Source of the DNA: Actinophytocola sp.
Lineage (GTDB): Bacteria > Actinomycetota > Actinomycetes > Mycobacteriales > Pseudonocardiaceae
DNA: 64,000 nt
Assembly (NCBI GenBank): GCA_036259595.1
Contig: DATABL010000222.1
Coordinates: 1,862-65,861, forward strand
Direction of reading: 5' to 3'
The position numbers and the translations under genes were made by a program. Below the pieces are notes generated by a model, which made no database searches, was not told where the DNA came from, and saw nothing but the letters and a program-made list of their open reading frames with translations. This document shows, one piece after another, positions 9,162-18,339 of this stretch. Position 1 is the stretch's first letter; each line of letters begins with the position of its first letter.

Positions 9162-10378
9162 CAGACCACCGGGCACTCGAACAGCCCGTAGACCCACATG
9201 TCCTTGCGGTACCGCAGTTCCTCCACGGGCGCGGTGGTGCGCAGCTCGGGGAACATCGCGAACAGCTCGCGCAGCACCACCCGGACCTCGGTCCGGGCGA
9301 GACTCTGCCCGGCGCACTGGTGCACGCCGTAGCCGAACGTCAGGTGCGGTGCGTTGTTCTGGGCGGTGTCCACCGCGTGCGGGCAGCCGTAGCGGGTCTC
9401 GTCCCGGTTCGCCGACGCCAGCGAGCTCACCACCCAGTCGCCGGCCGCGATGTGCACGTTCTCGCCGTTCACCTCGAGGTCGATGTCGTCGGTGGCGCGC
9501 CGGATGATGCCCCACTGGATGATCGCGTGCATGCGCATGATCTCCTCGACCAGCGCGGTTCCCCGGACGAGGTCCGGCAGGTCGGCGATCAGCTCGCGGT
9601 TGTCCATCAGGGTCGCGACGCCCAGCCCGATCATGTTCGCCGTGGTCTCGTGTCCGGCGATGAGCAGCAGCATCGCCTGGCCCACGACGATGTCGTGCGG
9701 CGCCGGCTCGCCGGCGATCTCCGCGCGGGCCAGCCGGGCCAGCACGTCGTCGGCGTCACCGGACTTCCGCTTGTCGCTGACGAGTTGGTCGAGGTACTCG
9801 TACAACGCGGTCGTGGCGGCGTTCACCCGCTCCGGCGGCGCCCCGACCTGGCTGCGCACCTCCGCCTGCTCCTGGAAGAACTCCTGGTCGGCCGGCGGCA
9901 CCCCGAGCACCTCGCAGATCACCCTGGACGGCACCGGGAGCGCGAGGTCGGGCACCAGGTCGGCCGGCGGCCCGGTCTCCCGGATGCGCTCGAGGTACTC
10001 CCTGGTGATCGCCTGGATCCGCGCCTCCATCGACCGCGCCCAACGCGGGGTCATCTCGCGCACGATGGCGCGCCGCCAGGGCGTGTGCTCCGGCGGGTCC
10101 ATGGCGACCAGCGACCGCGGCAGCATCGCCTCCGGCTTGCGGTCCTTGACCACCGACACCGACGGAGGCGGGCTGTTGAACCGGTTGATCGACAGCCTCG
10201 GGTCGGCCAGCAGCTTGCGCACCTGGTCGTAGGTGGTCACCAGCCAGCCCTCGACACCGTTGGGCCAGACGAACCGCGAGATCGGGGATTCCTTGCGCAG
10301 CAAGGTGTACTCCGGCGGTGGGTCGAACGGGTTCGTACGGGTGCGCGGCAGGTCGGGCGGGGGAGATGCCGGTGCCAT
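9158..10378 (-). CDS. Cytochrome P450 (CYP105-like)
   Basis: MDPPEHT, LLIAGHETT I-helix, EEIMR, HLTFGYGVHQCAG heme motif. Confidence 0.95.
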   Translation of the reverse strand: MAPASPPPDLPRTRTNPFDPPPEYTLLRKESPISRFVWPNGVEGWLVTTYDQVRKLLADPRLSINRFNSPPPSVSVVKDRKPEAMLPRSLVAMDPPEHTPWRRAIVREMTPRWARSMEARIQAITREYLERIRETGPPADLVPDLALPVPSRVICEVLGVPPADQEFFQEQAEVRSQVGAPPERVNAATTALYEYLDQLVSDKRKSGDADDVLARLARAEIAGEPAPHDIVVGQAMLLLIAGHETTANMIGLGVATLMDNRELIADLPDLVRGTALVEEIMRMHAIIQWGIIRRATDDIDLEVNGENVHIAAGDWVVSSLASANRDETRYGCPHAVDTAQNNAPHLTFGYGVHQCAGQSLARTEVRVVLRELFAMFPELRTTAPVEELRYRKDMWVYGLFECPVVW

Positions 10379-10451
10379 GGCAACCTCTCGGATCGGGTCT
10401 TCTCTGGTCGCTTTTCCGTTGTCCCCACCATGACGTGCCCTTCTGGCCGCG

Positions 10452-10472
10452 CACTCAAGGACGGTTCGAGAA
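10452..10472. promoter_or_regulatory. SARP-type repeats in the divergent P450/RCC1 promoter region
   Basis: TCAAG at 10455 and TCGAG at 10466 (11-bp spacing). Confidence 0.45.
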
Positions 10473-10577
10473 CCCTGGCGTGAGCACCTGCGGGAATTCA
10501 TCATCGATGGCGAAAGACCGCAAATGTCCGATCAGGGCGCGACGGCACGGTGCATCCGAGAACGAGAGGTACCCAGC

Positions 10578-11762
10578 ATGAAAGAAATCGTCAGTGCGTG
10601 GGGCGATAACACCAATGGCCAGCTCTCCAACGGAACCACCGCCGGGCAGGCCGAAACGCCCCAGCAGGTCAAGGGGCTCGAGGGCGTCCGCACCGTCGAG
10701 GGCGGCAGCGGCCACGTCATCGCGATCATGGAGGACGGCAGCGCGTACGGCTGGGGCCGCAACGGCTTCGGGCAGATCGGTGACTGCTCCACCGACCAGC
10801 AGACCGAGCCGACCCGGGTGAAGCTGGACGGGATCAAGGCGGTCGCGCCCGGCGGCGGGCACACCCTGTACCTGCTCGAGGACGGCAGCGTATGGGGTTG
10901 CGGCGCCGGCTTCTTCGGCATGCTCGGCCCGGACAACATGCGGGTGCACCCGGTTCCGGTGCGGATCGAGGCGCCGACCAACATCGTGCAGCTCGCCTCC
11001 GGCGGCAGCCACGCGCTCGCCCTGCTGGACGACGGCACGGTGTGGGCCTGGGGGCGCGACGACTGCGGGCAGCTGGCCGACGGCGACCAGACCGGCAAGC
11101 GCCCCGGCTCGCTGGTCCAGGTGCACGCCGGCCGGGAGTACCCGATCCGCGCGCTGCCCGCGCAGGTGGAGGGGATCAGCGAGGCCACCTTCGTCGCCAC
11201 CGGCGGCGGGCACTCGCTGGTCGTGCACGAGGACGGCAGCCTCACCACCTGGGGCCTCAACGACTGTGGCCAGCTCGGCGACGGCGCCACCACCGACCGC
11301 AAGCGTGAGTACCGCACCCCGGTGAAGGCCAAGGTGTCCGGCGTGCGGGAGGTCGCCGGGGCGTACCACCACACGCTGATCCTGCTCCAGGACGGCACCG
11401 TGCGCGCCTGCGGCATCAACGACCGCGGGCAGTGCGGCGACGGCACCACCATCGAGCGCGCCACCCCGGTCGAGGTGGTCGGGCTGACCGACGCGACGCA
11501 GGTCGTCGCGACCGGTGGTGGCGGCGACGACAACCCGGGCGACGCCGGGCACAGCCTCGCCGTGCGCGCGGACGGCACGGTGTGGGGCTGGGGCAACAAC
11601 GACTTCGGCGAGCTCGGTCTCGGCCACACCGAGCTGCAGACCAAGGCGACGCAGGTGCCCGGCCTGACCGGCGTCCGCCAGCTCACCGTCTCCGGCGAGG
11701 TGCCCGGCTTCCGGGAGCTGCCCGGCGGCGGCAGCACCATCGCGATCCACGCCGAGAAGTAG
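10578..11762 (+). CDS. RCC1-repeat beta-propeller protein (no signal peptide)
   Basis: About seven repeats of G..H.LAL..DG.V.AWG.N..GQLGDG; gagagg RBS. Confidence 0.9.
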   Translation: MKEIVSAWGDNTNGQLSNGTTAGQAETPQQVKGLEGVRTVEGGSGHVIAIMEDGSAYGWGRNGFGQIGDCSTDQQTEPTRVKLDGIKAVAPGGGHTLYLLEDGSVWGCGAGFFGMLGPDNMRVHPVPVRIEAPTNIVQLASGGSHALALLDDGTVWAWGRDDCGQLADGDQTGKRPGSLVQVHAGREYPIRALPAQVEGISEATFVATGGGHSLVVHEDGSLTTWGLNDCGQLGDGATTDRKREYRTPVKAKVSGVREVAGAYHHTLILLQDGTVRACGINDRGQCGDGTTIERATPVEVVGLTDATQVVATGGGGDDNPGDAGHSLAVRADGTVWGWGNNDFGELGLGHTELQTKATQVPGLTGVRQLTVSGEVPGFRELPGGGSTIAIHAEK

Positions 11763-11805
11763 CCGACCGAACAGCTGCTGACCAGTAAGGGAGCACGGAA
11801 CAGAC

Positions 11806-12840
11806 ATGAGCACCGAACCGACCGATACGACGGTCAAGGACGTCCAGGTACTGCTCGACCTGATGTTCCCGACGTCCGGGCAGTGCCTCGGCATCGCCGC
11901 CGAGCTCGGGGTGGCCGACCTGCTCGCGGACGGCCCGCTCGGCATCGCCGAGCTGGCCGAGAAGGCCTCCGCGCACCAGCACGCGCTGCAGTCGACGCTG
12001 CAGATCCTGGCCGAGGACGGCATCTTCGCCGAGGTGGAGCCGGGCGTGTTCGCCAACACGTCGCGCTCGGAGCTGCTGCGGGCCGGGGTGCCCAACTCCC
12101 AGCACGTGATGTCGCAGTTCGCCGCGTCGGAGTGGCTGTGGCACTCCTACGCCAAGCTCGGCCACAGCGTGAAGACCGGCCAGGCCGCCTTCGACGAGGC
12201 GTACGGCATGAGCCTGTGGGCGTTCCTGGGTCGAAACCCGGAGAAGGGCCGCGAGTTCAACGCCGCGATGAACGAGTTCTCGGCCACCCTCGGGCCGCGC
12301 ATCGTCGCCGACTACCCGCGGTTCGGCGAGGCGGGCGCGATCGCCGACCTGGGCGGCGGCACCGGCACCTACCTGGCGACCATCCTCGAGCAGTACCCGT
12401 CGGTCAGCCGCGGCGTGCTCGCCGACCTGCCGCCGGTGATCGAGCAGGCCAAGGCGCGGCCGGACCTGGCCGGGCTGGTCGAGGGCGGCCGGTTGGAGTT
12501 CCACCCGGGTGACTTCTTCGAGACCGTGCCGGCCGGCGTGGACCTGTACGTGTGCAAGCAGATCACGCACTCGTGGAACGACGAGAAGCTGCTGTCGGTG
12601 CTCAAGCGGTGCCGGGACGCCTCGCCGACGGCGCGGATCGCGGCCGCCGAACTGGTGCTGCGGCCGGGCGTGCAGAAGTTCGTGAAGTACTTCGACGTGA
12701 TGATGCTGGTCACCATGGCCGGCTTCCTGCGCACCGAGGAGCAGTACGCCGAGGTCTTCCGGCAGGCGGGCTACCGGCTCGAGCGCGTGGTGCCGACCCA
12801 GACCGCGTTCTCGATCATCGAGGCCGTGCCGGTCGACTGA
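11806..12840 (+). CDS. SAM-dependent methyltransferase (Methyltransf_2 family with dimerisation domain)
   Basis: AELGVADLLADGP, IADLGGGTG, DLPPVI, GDFFETVP, KQITHSWND, RTEEQY. Confidence 0.9.
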   Translation: MSTEPTDTTVKDVQVLLDLMFPTSGQCLGIAAELGVADLLADGPLGIAELAEKASAHQHALQSTLQILAEDGIFAEVEPGVFANTSRSELLRAGVPNSQHVMSQFAASEWLWHSYAKLGHSVKTGQAAFDEAYGMSLWAFLGRNPEKGREFNAAMNEFSATLGPRIVADYPRFGEAGAIADLGGGTGTYLATILEQYPSVSRGVLADLPPVIEQAKARPDLAGLVEGGRLEFHPGDFFETVPAGVDLYVCKQITHSWNDEKLLSVLKRCRDASPTARIAAAELVLRPGVQKFVKYFDVMMLVTMAGFLRTEEQYAEVFRQAGYRLERVVPTQTAFSIIEAVPVD

Positions 12841-12880
12841 CCGGGGCACCCCGGGCCGTGCGCCCGCTGGACAACCGACA

Positions 12881-12912
12881 GGCACCGGCCACCCGCCGTG
12901 GTGGCCGGTGCC
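12881..12912. terminator. Intergenic stem-loop
   Basis: Perfect 13-bp stem ggcaccggccacc / ggtggccggtgcc between co-directional genes. Confidence 0.5.
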
Positions 12913-12935
12913 GTCCCAGGCTGAGGAGAAAGATT

Positions 12936-14222
12936 GTGAATGCGCACAGCGCCGGCGAGGCTCCGGACGAGGCTCTCGTCAAGGCGGAGGTGACCGAGTG
13001 GATCCGGCAGTACGGCCTCCCACTGTCCACAGCGGACCCGAAGGAGCCGTTGCGGGACATCGAACCGCTCGGTGACATGGTCGGCGACGCGGTCGTGGTG
13101 GGCATCGGGCCGTCGACCTACGGCGGGCACGAGCAGTTCACCCAGACCCACCGGATCATCCGGGTCCTGGTGGAGCGGCTCGGTTTCCGCACCGTGGCCA
13201 CCGAGGAGGACTGGGACGTCGCGCGGGACGTCGACCGGTACGTGCGGACCGGCGAGGGTGACCTGGACGCGTTGCTCAAGGGCACCGGCGTGCCGTGGCG
13301 GGTCGCCGAGACCCGCGACCTGGTCGAGTGGATCCGCGAGTTCAACACCACCAGCGACGAGCCGGTGCGGTTCGTCGGCGCCGGCGTGATCGACACCCGT
13401 GCGGCGCTCTACGACGAGGTGAGCGCGCACGTCGAGGCCGTGGCACCGGACCGTGCCGCCGAGTTGGCCGAACACTTCGCGGTGATCCGGCCGACCGCCG
13501 AGGAGCACGTCCGGTGGTTCATCGGCGAGGTGCGCGACAAGGACCGCTACGTCGAGCACGCGCGGGCCGCGCTCGCGCTGGTCGAGTCGCTGCCGCACGC
13601 CGAGGGCGACCGCGAGCACGAGTGGTTCGTCCAGCAGGCCAGGCAGATCGTGGCGTTCTACGAGCACTACGCCCACCACCTGGTCGACGACGGCTACCGC
13701 GACGAGAAGATGGCGGAGAACCTGCACTGGTGGCAGCGGTACACCGGCCACCGGATCGCCTACTGGTCGACCAACGCGCACAGCGTCCGCGCCGACGAGC
13801 TGACGATCAGCGTCCCGCCGCGCGGCACGCTGACCTTCAAGCCGGCCGGCGGGCACCTGCGCGACCTGTTCGGCGACGGCTACTTCTCGATCGGCATCAC
13901 CTTCACCAGCGGCACCGTCAACTCCGGTTGGGGCCTGCCACCGTTCACCAGCGGCCCGGTCCCCGCGCCGGTCCAGTCGTCGGACTTCGCCGAGCGCTAC
14001 TTCCACAACTACGGCTCGCCGCGGTACCTGCTGAACCTGCACCGGGGTGTGCCCCCGGTCGTGCGGGAGTGGCTGGACCGCCCGGTGAAGGCCCGGGTCA
14101 TCGGTTCGATCTGCGCCGCCGACCAGCCCGCCGACGGCTACTATCTCGCCGGCGGGACGCTGGCCGAGTGGTACGACGTGCTGATCCACGAGAAGGAACT
14201 CACCCCCACCCGGATCCTGTGA
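12936..14222 (+). CDS. Erythromycin esterase-family protein (catalytic motif degenerate)
   Basis: DIEPLGDMVGDAVVVGIG, LVERLGFRTVATEEDW, YRDEKMAENL.WW, G.HLR..FGD.Y.SIG, L.EWYDVLIH; GTG after gaggag. Confidence 0.8.
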   Translation: MNAHSAGEAPDEALVKAEVTEWIRQYGLPLSTADPKEPLRDIEPLGDMVGDAVVVGIGPSTYGGHEQFTQTHRIIRVLVERLGFRTVATEEDWDVARDVDRYVRTGEGDLDALLKGTGVPWRVAETRDLVEWIREFNTTSDEPVRFVGAGVIDTRAALYDEVSAHVEAVAPDRAAELAEHFAVIRPTAEEHVRWFIGEVRDKDRYVEHARAALALVESLPHAEGDREHEWFVQQARQIVAFYEHYAHHLVDDGYRDEKMAENLHWWQRYTGHRIAYWSTNAHSVRADELTISVPPRGTLTFKPAGGHLRDLFGDGYFSIGITFTSGTVNSGWGLPPFTSGPVPAPVQSSDFAERYFHNYGSPRYLLNLHRGVPPVVREWLDRPVKARVIGSICAADQPADGYYLAGGTLAEWYDVLIHEKELTPTRIL

Positions 14223-14236
14223 CCACGGAGCATGCG

Positions 14237-15082
14237 ATGCAGGTAACGACCACCGCCGACCCCGCGGAGTTCATGGCTACAGCCGGCGACTGGCTCGTCC
14301 GCGAGCCGGTGGAGAACAACGTGCTGCTGGTCCACGCGCTCGACCCGAACGGCGTGCCGCCGGGCGATCGGGAGCCCGTCTTCGCGACGGTCACCGACGC
14401 CGGCGCGGTCGCCGGGACCGCCTTCGCCAGGTCGCCGTACCGGATGACGATCTCCGGCATGCCGGCCGAGGCCGCCACCGCGCTCGCCGAGCACCTGGCC
14501 AAGGAGGGCGAGCCGGTGCCGGGCGTGAACGGTCCGACCGAGGCCGCGACCGCGTTCTCCGCCCGCTGGACCGAGCTCACCGGGCAGCGGGTCCGCCACG
14601 AGCGGGCGCAGTGGATCATGCGCTGCACCGAGACCACCCGCCCGGTGAACCCCGACGGCAGGCCCCGGCTGGCCACCGCGGACGACCAGGACGCGGTGGC
14701 CGAGTGGTTCACCGCCGGGATGCGGGACTCCGGTCTGTCGCCGGAGGAGATCCTGCGCCGCACGCAGCACATGGTCGGCGGCCAGATCGCCAACCAGCGC
14801 CTCATCGTGTGGGAGACCGCGGACGGCGAGGCCGCGGGCGCGGCCGGGTGGAACCCGCCGCTGCACGGCGTGGTGCGCCCGTCCGGCGTGTTCGTCTCGC
14901 CGAACCACCGCGACGGCGGCATCGCCACGCTGGTGCTCGGCGAGGTGGTGGCCCGGGCGCTGGAGGACGGCGCGGACGCGTGCGTGTGCACCCACTTCCT
15001 CAAGTACGAGTCGATGCTGGCGGTGGTGGAGAAGGTGGGCTTCCGCCGGCTGGTCGACGTCGTCGAGCACATCTACGAATGA
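14237..15082 (+). CDS. GNAT-family N-acetyltransferase-like protein
   Basis: WLVREPVENNVLL N-domain; C-terminal GVFVSPNHRDGGIAT acyl-CoA motif and EKVGF. Confidence 0.75.
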   Translation: MQVTTTADPAEFMATAGDWLVREPVENNVLLVHALDPNGVPPGDREPVFATVTDAGAVAGTAFARSPYRMTISGMPAEAATALAEHLAKEGEPVPGVNGPTEAATAFSARWTELTGQRVRHERAQWIMRCTETTRPVNPDGRPRLATADDQDAVAEWFTAGMRDSGLSPEEILRRTQHMVGGQIANQRLIVWETADGEAAGAAGWNPPLHGVVRPSGVFVSPNHRDGGIATLVLGEVVARALEDGADACVCTHFLKYESMLAVVEKVGFRRLVDVVEHIYE

Positions 15083-15105
15083 GGCCTCCTCCGGAAGGGA
15101 ATCAG

Positions 15106-15879
15106 ATGGATCCGAACGTGCCCAGCTACCCCGACCTGGCCGGCAAGGTCGCCGTGGTCACCGGCGGCTCCCGCGGCATCGGCGCGCGGACCTGCCGGTA
15201 CTTCGCGGCCAACGACATGAAGGTCGTCGTCAGCGGCCGCGACAAGGACGCCATCCAGGCGGTGGTGGACACGATCCGGGCCGACGGCGGCACGGCCACC
15301 GGCGTGGCCGCCGACGTGACGGACAAGGCCGCCGTCGCCGAGCTGGCCGAGACCGCCGAGCGGGAGTTCGGTCCGGTCGGCGTGCTCGCCGCGTTCGCCG
15401 GGTTCGACCTCGCGCCGGGCACGCTCGACGAGATCAGCGAGCAGGACTGGCACACCGTCGTCGACGGCAACCTGACCGCCACGTTCCTGACCGTGCAGGC
15501 GTTCCTGCCCGGCATGATCGCCGGCGGCGGCGGTTCGATCGTCACCATGGCCTCGGCCGCGGGCCGGGCACCGGCGCGCTCGTCGATCGCCTACGCGACG
15601 GCGAAGGCCGGCGTGCTGATGTTCACCAAGCGGGTCGCCCTCGACGTCGGCGCACACGGCGTGCGCATCAACTGCATCGCGCCGTCGGCCATCCTCACCG
15701 AGCGGCAGGAGCAGCGGCTGCCGGAGCAGGTCCGCGAGCAGGTGGCCAAGCAGTTTCCGATCTCCCGGTGGGGCACGCCGGACGACTGTGCGAACTCCGC
15801 GCTGTTCCTGGCCTCGGAAGCCTCGTCCTGGATCACCGGGCAGACGCTCGACGTCGCCGGCGGAAAGGTGATGATCTGA
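15106..15879 (+). CDS. SDR-family oxidoreductase (FabG-like)
   Basis: TGGSRGIG, YATAK, GVRINCIAP, WITGQTLDVAGG. Confidence 0.92.
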   Translation: MDPNVPSYPDLAGKVAVVTGGSRGIGARTCRYFAANDMKVVVSGRDKDAIQAVVDTIRADGGTATGVAADVTDKAAVAELAETAEREFGPVGVLAAFAGFDLAPGTLDEISEQDWHTVVDGNLTATFLTVQAFLPGMIAGGGGSIVTMASAAGRAPARSSIAYATAKAGVLMFTKRVALDVGAHGVRINCIAPSAILTERQEQRLPEQVREQVAKQFPISRWGTPDDCANSALFLASEASSWITGQTLDVAGGKVMI

Positions 15880-15881
15880 AC

Positions 15882-15910
15882 TCGAGAACAACTCGGGAAC
15901 AGGTCGGGAA
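15882..15910 (+). promoter_or_regulatory. SARP-type 11-bp tandem repeats
   Basis: ctcgagaacaa / ctcgggaacag / gtcgggaatgg; cores at 15882, 15893, 15904. Confidence 0.6.
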
Positions 15911-15989
15911 TGGGTGCGGAAATGCACACCGTGCGTTATCCGGAGAATACAGTTGACTGGTTTGAAGGACTCCCGCTGAAGGAGGAGAA

Positions 15990-16379
15990 ATGGCCGACGT
16001 GAAACAGTTGCAGTCGTCGACCCCTTATCGAGTCACCCTGGTCGGCCTGCTTGTCGCCGCGCTCGGCATCGCGATTCTGTACGTGGCGGGCGCGGAGATG
16101 CCGGTCGTGCCGCCCGGTTTCGTGCTGCTCCTGATCGCGGCCGGGCTGCTCGCCAAGGGGCCGTGGCGGTGGACCCCGATCGTGGCGATCGTCATCGCGC
16201 TCTTCGAGGCGGCCGGCACCTTCGCCACGTCGGCGGACCTGCTGGTCGACACCAGCACGTTCAGCCACTTCGCCGGCACCTGGGTGCGCGTGATCGGCAT
16301 CGTGCTGGCCCTGGTCGGCGGAATCGTGGCGACGAAGGCGGCCTACCGCAAGTCGGCTACGGTCTCCACGGCCGGCTGA
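15990..16379 (+). CDS. Small membrane protein (4 TM), unknown function
   Basis: aaggagga RBS, four hydrophobic segments, typical codon bias. Confidence 0.7.
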   Translation: MADVKQLQSSTPYRVTLVGLLVAALGIAILYVAGAEMPVVPPGFVLLLIAAGLLAKGPWRWTPIVAIVIALFEAAGTFATSADLLVDTSTFSHFAGTWVRVIGIVLALVGGIVATKAAYRKSATVSTAG

Positions 16380-16403
16380 GGCACGCGCCGAGGCCGAGCA
16401 CAC

Positions 16404-16441
16404 TGCCCCGGACGACGCCCACCGGCGCGGCGTCCGGGGCA
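16404..16441. terminator. Intergenic stem-loop
   Basis: tgccccggacg / cgtccggggca inverted repeat. Confidence 0.4.
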
Positions 16442-16478
16442 TTCTCGTGTCCATCACCGACAGTGGGGAGAACCCAGC

Positions 16479-17033
16479 GTGTCCGTCCGGGATTCCGAAA
16501 GCACCCGTGCCAGGCGCACGGCACCGATGCCGCCGAAGGTCCGCAGGACCGTGCTGGTCCTGCACATCATCGCGGCGGTCAGCTGGCTCGGCCTGACCTT
16601 CGCCGACGTCACGCTCGCGATCACCGCGATGGCCTCGGAGAACCCGGAGGTGCGGCACGCGATGTTCCGCGCCCTCGGCACGATCGCCGACATCCTGCTG
16701 ATCCCGGTCGCGTGGACGGCGTTCCTCACCGGACTGCTGCTGGCGCTCGGCACCCAGTGGGGCCTGCTGCGGCACAAGTGGGTGCTGACCAAGTTCTGCC
16801 TCACCGTGCTGACCGTGGCACTGACCACGTTCTCCCTGGTGCCCGGCCTGAAGGGGATGCGCGACGAGGTGAACGCGACGCCCGCGGGTGAGCTGGTCCA
16901 GCTGAACACCAGCGACGTCACCGCGCTGATCTCCGCCGGCATCATCTCCACCACGATCTACACCACCTGTGTGGTCCTGTCGGTGTTCAAGCCGTGGGGA
17001 CGCACGAAGCGGGGCCGCGCCCAGACACGCTGA
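16479..17033 (+). CDS. DUF2269-like membrane protein
   Basis: LVLHIIAAVSWLG, LTGLLLALGTQWGLLRHKWVLTK, LSVFKPWG. Confidence 0.7.
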   Translation: MSVRDSESTRARRTAPMPPKVRRTVLVLHIIAAVSWLGLTFADVTLAITAMASENPEVRHAMFRALGTIADILLIPVAWTAFLTGLLLALGTQWGLLRHKWVLTKFCLTVLTVALTTFSLVPGLKGMRDEVNATPAGELVQLNTSDVTALISAGIISTTIYTTCVVLSVFKPWGRTKRGRAQTR

Positions 17034-17057
17034 GCGCGACCCCGCCACTGTCCGGAG

Positions 17058-18281
17058 CTAGCCGCGGGTGGCCGCCGGCTCGGACTGTTCCGGCTTGTCC
17101 GGCACGCTCAGGTCCTTGGCCCGCAGGAACCGGCGCAGCTTCTGCGTCGGCAGCTCGACGTAGTGCCAGGACAGCAGGCCGAACAGGTAGGACAGCGGCA
17201 GCGAGAGCACGAGCAGCGTCCACTGGTCGGAGACGCCGAGCGCGATCGCCGACTGCTGGATCACGCCCGCCCAGATGAAGATGCCGTAGCTGCCCATCAC
17301 CCACCGGCCGCTCCGCTCGAGCGACTTGGGCCAGTGGTGCGCCAGCGTGATCGCGCCGTACCCGGCCGCCACCAGCATCAGGTACTGGTTGAACAGCGTG
17401 AGCGCCACCGAGTCGGCCGCGCCGCCGTTCCAGTTCGGCGTGGCGTCGACGGCCTCCGGGGCGATGGTGAAGTTGACCAGCACCCAGACCGCGAACAGCG
17501 CGATCGCGGCGAGCGGCCGGACCGGGATGCGGTCCCGGAACTTGTAGAGCAGCGCACCGACCCCGAAGGCGATCAGGAACTTGACCATGAAGTTCAGCGG
17601 GGTGTCGAAGAAGTAGCCACCCGCGCCGTAGTCGCCGATGGTGGCGACGTAGATGCCCCGCCACACCCCGAGACCGAGGACCACCAAGACCATCAGCCAG
17701 CGCGACACCCGGAAGGCGAGCAGCACGCCGAGCACGAGGATCCCCGCGTAGCCGACCAGCTCCATCGGCAGTGTCCACAGTGATGGGTTGATCGAGTAGT
17801 TGCTGAAGTTGGTCTCGAACACCCCGGGCAGCGTGTGGTACAGCACCAGCGGGAACGCGCCGAGCAGGAACTGCCAGGTGGCGCCCTGCGAGTAGTACTC
17901 GCCGACCGGCAGCGTGGTGAACAGCGCGCCGACCAGGAGCGAGGTGATGATCAGCATGGCCGCCAGCGGCGGGATGATCCGCAACAGGCGCCGGGCGCCG
18001 AACCGCCACCAGGACGGGTCGTTCTCCCAGCTCGCCTGCACCTGGTAGCCGCTCATCGCGAAGAACGCGAGGATCGCGACGTCGCCGACGTGCCAGTGTG
18101 CCGGGAACAGCGACGGGTTCTCCGGGTCGATGAGCGCCCAGCTGTGTTCGAGCACGACCACGAGCGCGCCGACCATGCGCAGCCAGGCGAACCCGATGTG
18201 TGCCTTCGCGTACTGCTTGTCCTTGCCTAAGCCGTCCGGGGGTAAACCACCCGCTGGCTCGGCGATGGGCGATGCCGTCAT
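17058..18281 (-). CDS. Membrane acyltransferase (Acyl_transf_3 / OafA-like)
   Basis: LRMVGALVVVLEH, FFAMSGY, RRLLRIIP, NPSLWTLPME, SYGIFIW, SWHYVE.P. Confidence 0.88.
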   Translation of the reverse strand: MTASPIAEPAGGLPPDGLGKDKQYAKAHIGFAWLRMVGALVVVLEHSWALIDPENPSLFPAHWHVGDVAILAFFAMSGYQVQASWENDPSWWRFGARRLLRIIPPLAAMLIITSLLVGALFTTLPVGEYYSQGATWQFLLGAFPLVLYHTLPGVFETNFSNYSINPSLWTLPMELVGYAGILVLGVLLAFRVSRWLMVLVVLGLGVWRGIYVATIGDYGAGGYFFDTPLNFMVKFLIAFGVGALLYKFRDRIPVRPLAAIALFAVWVLVNFTIAPEAVDATPNWNGGAADSVALTLFNQYLMLVAAGYGAITLAHHWPKSLERSGRWVMGSYGIFIWAGVIQQSAIALGVSDQWTLLVLSLPLSYLFGLLSWHYVELPTQKLRRFLRAKDLSVPDKPEQSEPAATRG

Positions 18282-18339
18282 GTCCTACCTCTCCTGTCTC
18301 GAACCTTCCCCCGGCCCGTGCCCGGCGCCGGGACGCACC

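Noticed and set aside
15881-15913. Short tandem repeats as CRISPR or VNTR
   Set aside because: Only three 11-bp units without spacers or cas genes; better explained as regulator binding sites. No CRISPR array was seen in the window
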